A program made the position numbers and the translations under genes. Under the pieces are notes generated by a model. The model was given only the letters and a program-made list of their open reading frames with translations, searched no databases and was not told the origin of the DNA. Positions 62,574 to 64,000 of a stretch of DNA of 64,000 bases are shown one piece after another. Each line of letters starts with the position of its first letter. The first letter of the stretch is position 1. This DNA is from Dehalococcoidia bacterium (GTDB lineage: Bacteria; Chloroflexota; Dehalococcoidia; GIF9; AB-539-J10): the NCBI GenBank assembly GCA_040766535.1, contig JAXGQG010000008.1, forward strand, positions 411-64,410, in the 5' to 3' direction.

Positions 62574-63839
62574 GTGAGAGTTCTGGTGGTTGGCAGCGGA
62601 GGGCGCGAACACGCGCTGGTCTGGAAGCTCGCCCGGAGTGCGCGCGTGGGCCAGATGCTGGTTGCGCCCGGCAATGCCGGCACCGCGGCGATTGCTGAGA
62701 ACGTGGCTGTCCCGGCGTCAGATGTGGCCGGTCTGTTGCGTCTGGCGGTTGAGAGGAAGATCGACTTCGTCGTGGTGGGTCCTGAAGTGCCGCTGTCGCT
62801 CGGGCTGGTAGACGCACTTGAGGAGGCCGGCATAGCTGCGTTTGGCCCTACGCGAGGCGCTGCGCGCCTGGAAGCGAGCAAGTCCTTTGCTCACCAGATC
62901 ATGGCGGACTGTGGCGTCCCGTGCGCCGCATCACGCGTGTTCGAAGATGTGGCTGCCGCGCGTGCCTATCTTGAGACACTCGAGCCACCGTATGTGGTCA
63001 AGGCGGACGGACTCGCGGCCGGCAAAGGCGCCATCATCGCGGGAACGCTGGGTGAGGCTTTCAGCGCAGTGGACGACATGCTTGTGAAGCGCGTCTTCGG
63101 TGAGTCGGGTGACCGCGTCGTTATCGAACAGTACCTCAGTGGCAAGGAGGTCAGCCTCCTGGCCTTCACGGACGGTGTGCACGTTGCGCCGATGGTGCCT
63201 TCCTGCGACTACAAGAGGGCGTACGATGGCGACCAGGGACCGAACACCGGTGGCATGGGATGCTACAGCCCCCCTGGTTTCTTCGACGCGGATCTCGTGA
63301 GGCAGGCGACGGACACTGTCATGCTGCCCGTCGTTCGCGCCATGGCAGCGTCGGGATGCACCTACAAAGGCGTGCTCTATGCCGGCTTGATGGTGGATGG
63401 CGACAGCATTCGAGTTCTTGAGTTCAACGCGCGCTTTGGTGATCCTGAGACGCAAGTGATTCTGCCGCGACTGGATAGCGACCTGCTGGAGGTGCTGCTG
63501 TCCTGTCACGACGGTGCGCTCGAACCCTCGAGTCTCCACTGGAAGGTTGGGTGCTCGGTCGGTGTGGTAGTTGCATCAGGTGGCTATCCGGGGCACTATG
63601 AGAAAGGACGTGTTATCGGTGGCTTGCACGATGTCGATCCCGCCGTTGCCGTATTCCATGCCGGAACCAGGCTTGATGATGCGGGCCGAGTTGTAACCGA
63701 TGGCGGCCGCGTGCTGAATGTCGTGGCCACGGGACTAACGATGGCCGATGCGCGCGAAAGAGCCTATGACGGCGTCGCGCGTCTTCACTTCGATGGAATG
63801 ATGTATCGAACGGATATAGCACTGAGGGAGGTGCTGTAG
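62574..63839 (+). CDS. purD: phosphoribosylamine--glycine ligase
   Basis: MRVLVVGSGGREHALVWKLA.. with an ATP-grasp domain. Confidence 0.92.
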   Translation: MRVLVVGSGGREHALVWKLARSARVGQMLVAPGNAGTAAIAENVAVPASDVAGLLRLAVERKIDFVVVGPEVPLSLGLVDALEEAGIAAFGPTRGAARLEASKSFAHQIMADCGVPCAASRVFEDVAAARAYLETLEPPYVVKADGLAAGKGAIIAGTLGEAFSAVDDMLVKRVFGESGDRVVIEQYLSGKEVSLLAFTDGVHVAPMVPSCDYKRAYDGDQGPNTGGMGCYSPPGFFDADLVRQATDTVMLPVVRAMAASGCTYKGVLYAGLMVDGDSIRVLEFNARFGDPETQVILPRLDSDLLEVLLSCHDGALEPSSLHWKVGCSVGVVVASGGYPGHYEKGRVIGGLHDVDPAVAVFHAGTRLDDAGRVVTDGGRVLNVVATGLTMADARERAYDGVARLHFDGMMYRTDIALREVL

Positions 63840-64000
63840 ATGAATCCGCTTGTGGGCATACTGATCGGCAGCGAAAGCGACCGGGATCTGATCGCCCCTG
63901 CCCTGCAGGTGCTGTCCGACTTTGACGTTCCGCACGAGATGACTGTTATGTCAGCTCATCGCAATGCCGAGAGAGTGCGCTCTTACGCGTTGTCGGCCGA
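63840..64000 (+). CDS. purE: N5-carboxyaminoimidazole ribonucleotide mutase, 5' part (continues beyond the window)
   Basis: MNPLVGILIGSESDRDLIAPALQVLSDFDVPHEMTVMSAHR is typical PurE. The ATG overlaps the purD stop (TAGATG). Confidence 0.85.
   Translation, partial: MNPLVGILIGSESDRDLIAPALQVLSDFDVPHEMTVMSAHRNAERVRSYALSA

Overview
High-GC (about 63-65%) bacterial chromosomal segment with Firmicutes/Chloroflexi-like gene order, dominated by housekeeping genes. These include a riboflavin operon, hflX-dapL-dapF-miaA-tpiA-pgk, rpsB-tsf-frr-cdsA-dxr-rseP-ispG-proS, thrS-infC-rpmI-rplT-pheST, ilvD-panG-panB-panB, guaA-purD-purE and three tRNAs. Four regions stand out. (1) A 13.6-kb catabolic island (46.8-60.4 kb): two paralogous TRAP transporters, a LarA-family racemase, three GlcD-like FAD dehydrogenases and a UxaA-family dehydratase. 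I read it as an undescribed 2-hydroxy-acid or sugar-acid stereoinversion and oxidation module. (2) A near-consensus CIRCE (HrcA) operator with a sigma-A promoter in front of two zinc-ribbon genes instead of chaperone genes. (3) A 6.6-kb block where rtcB, a GNAT/ADP-forming acyl-CoA-synthetase (Pat-like) gene and a CoA-transferase gene are each broken by many frameshifts with the protein signal still conserved. It includes a 27-A plus 11-A homopolymer inside the CoA-transferase, and the adjacent archease is intact. (4) A tRNA-Met, Xer-type tyrosine recombinase and two ~95-bp direct repeats followed by small orphan genes, possibly an integrated-element remnant. Single frameshifts also interrupt cinA and ribBA. 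The ORF track shows TTG/GTG starts as M. Many long antisense ORFs in the track are GC artefacts.
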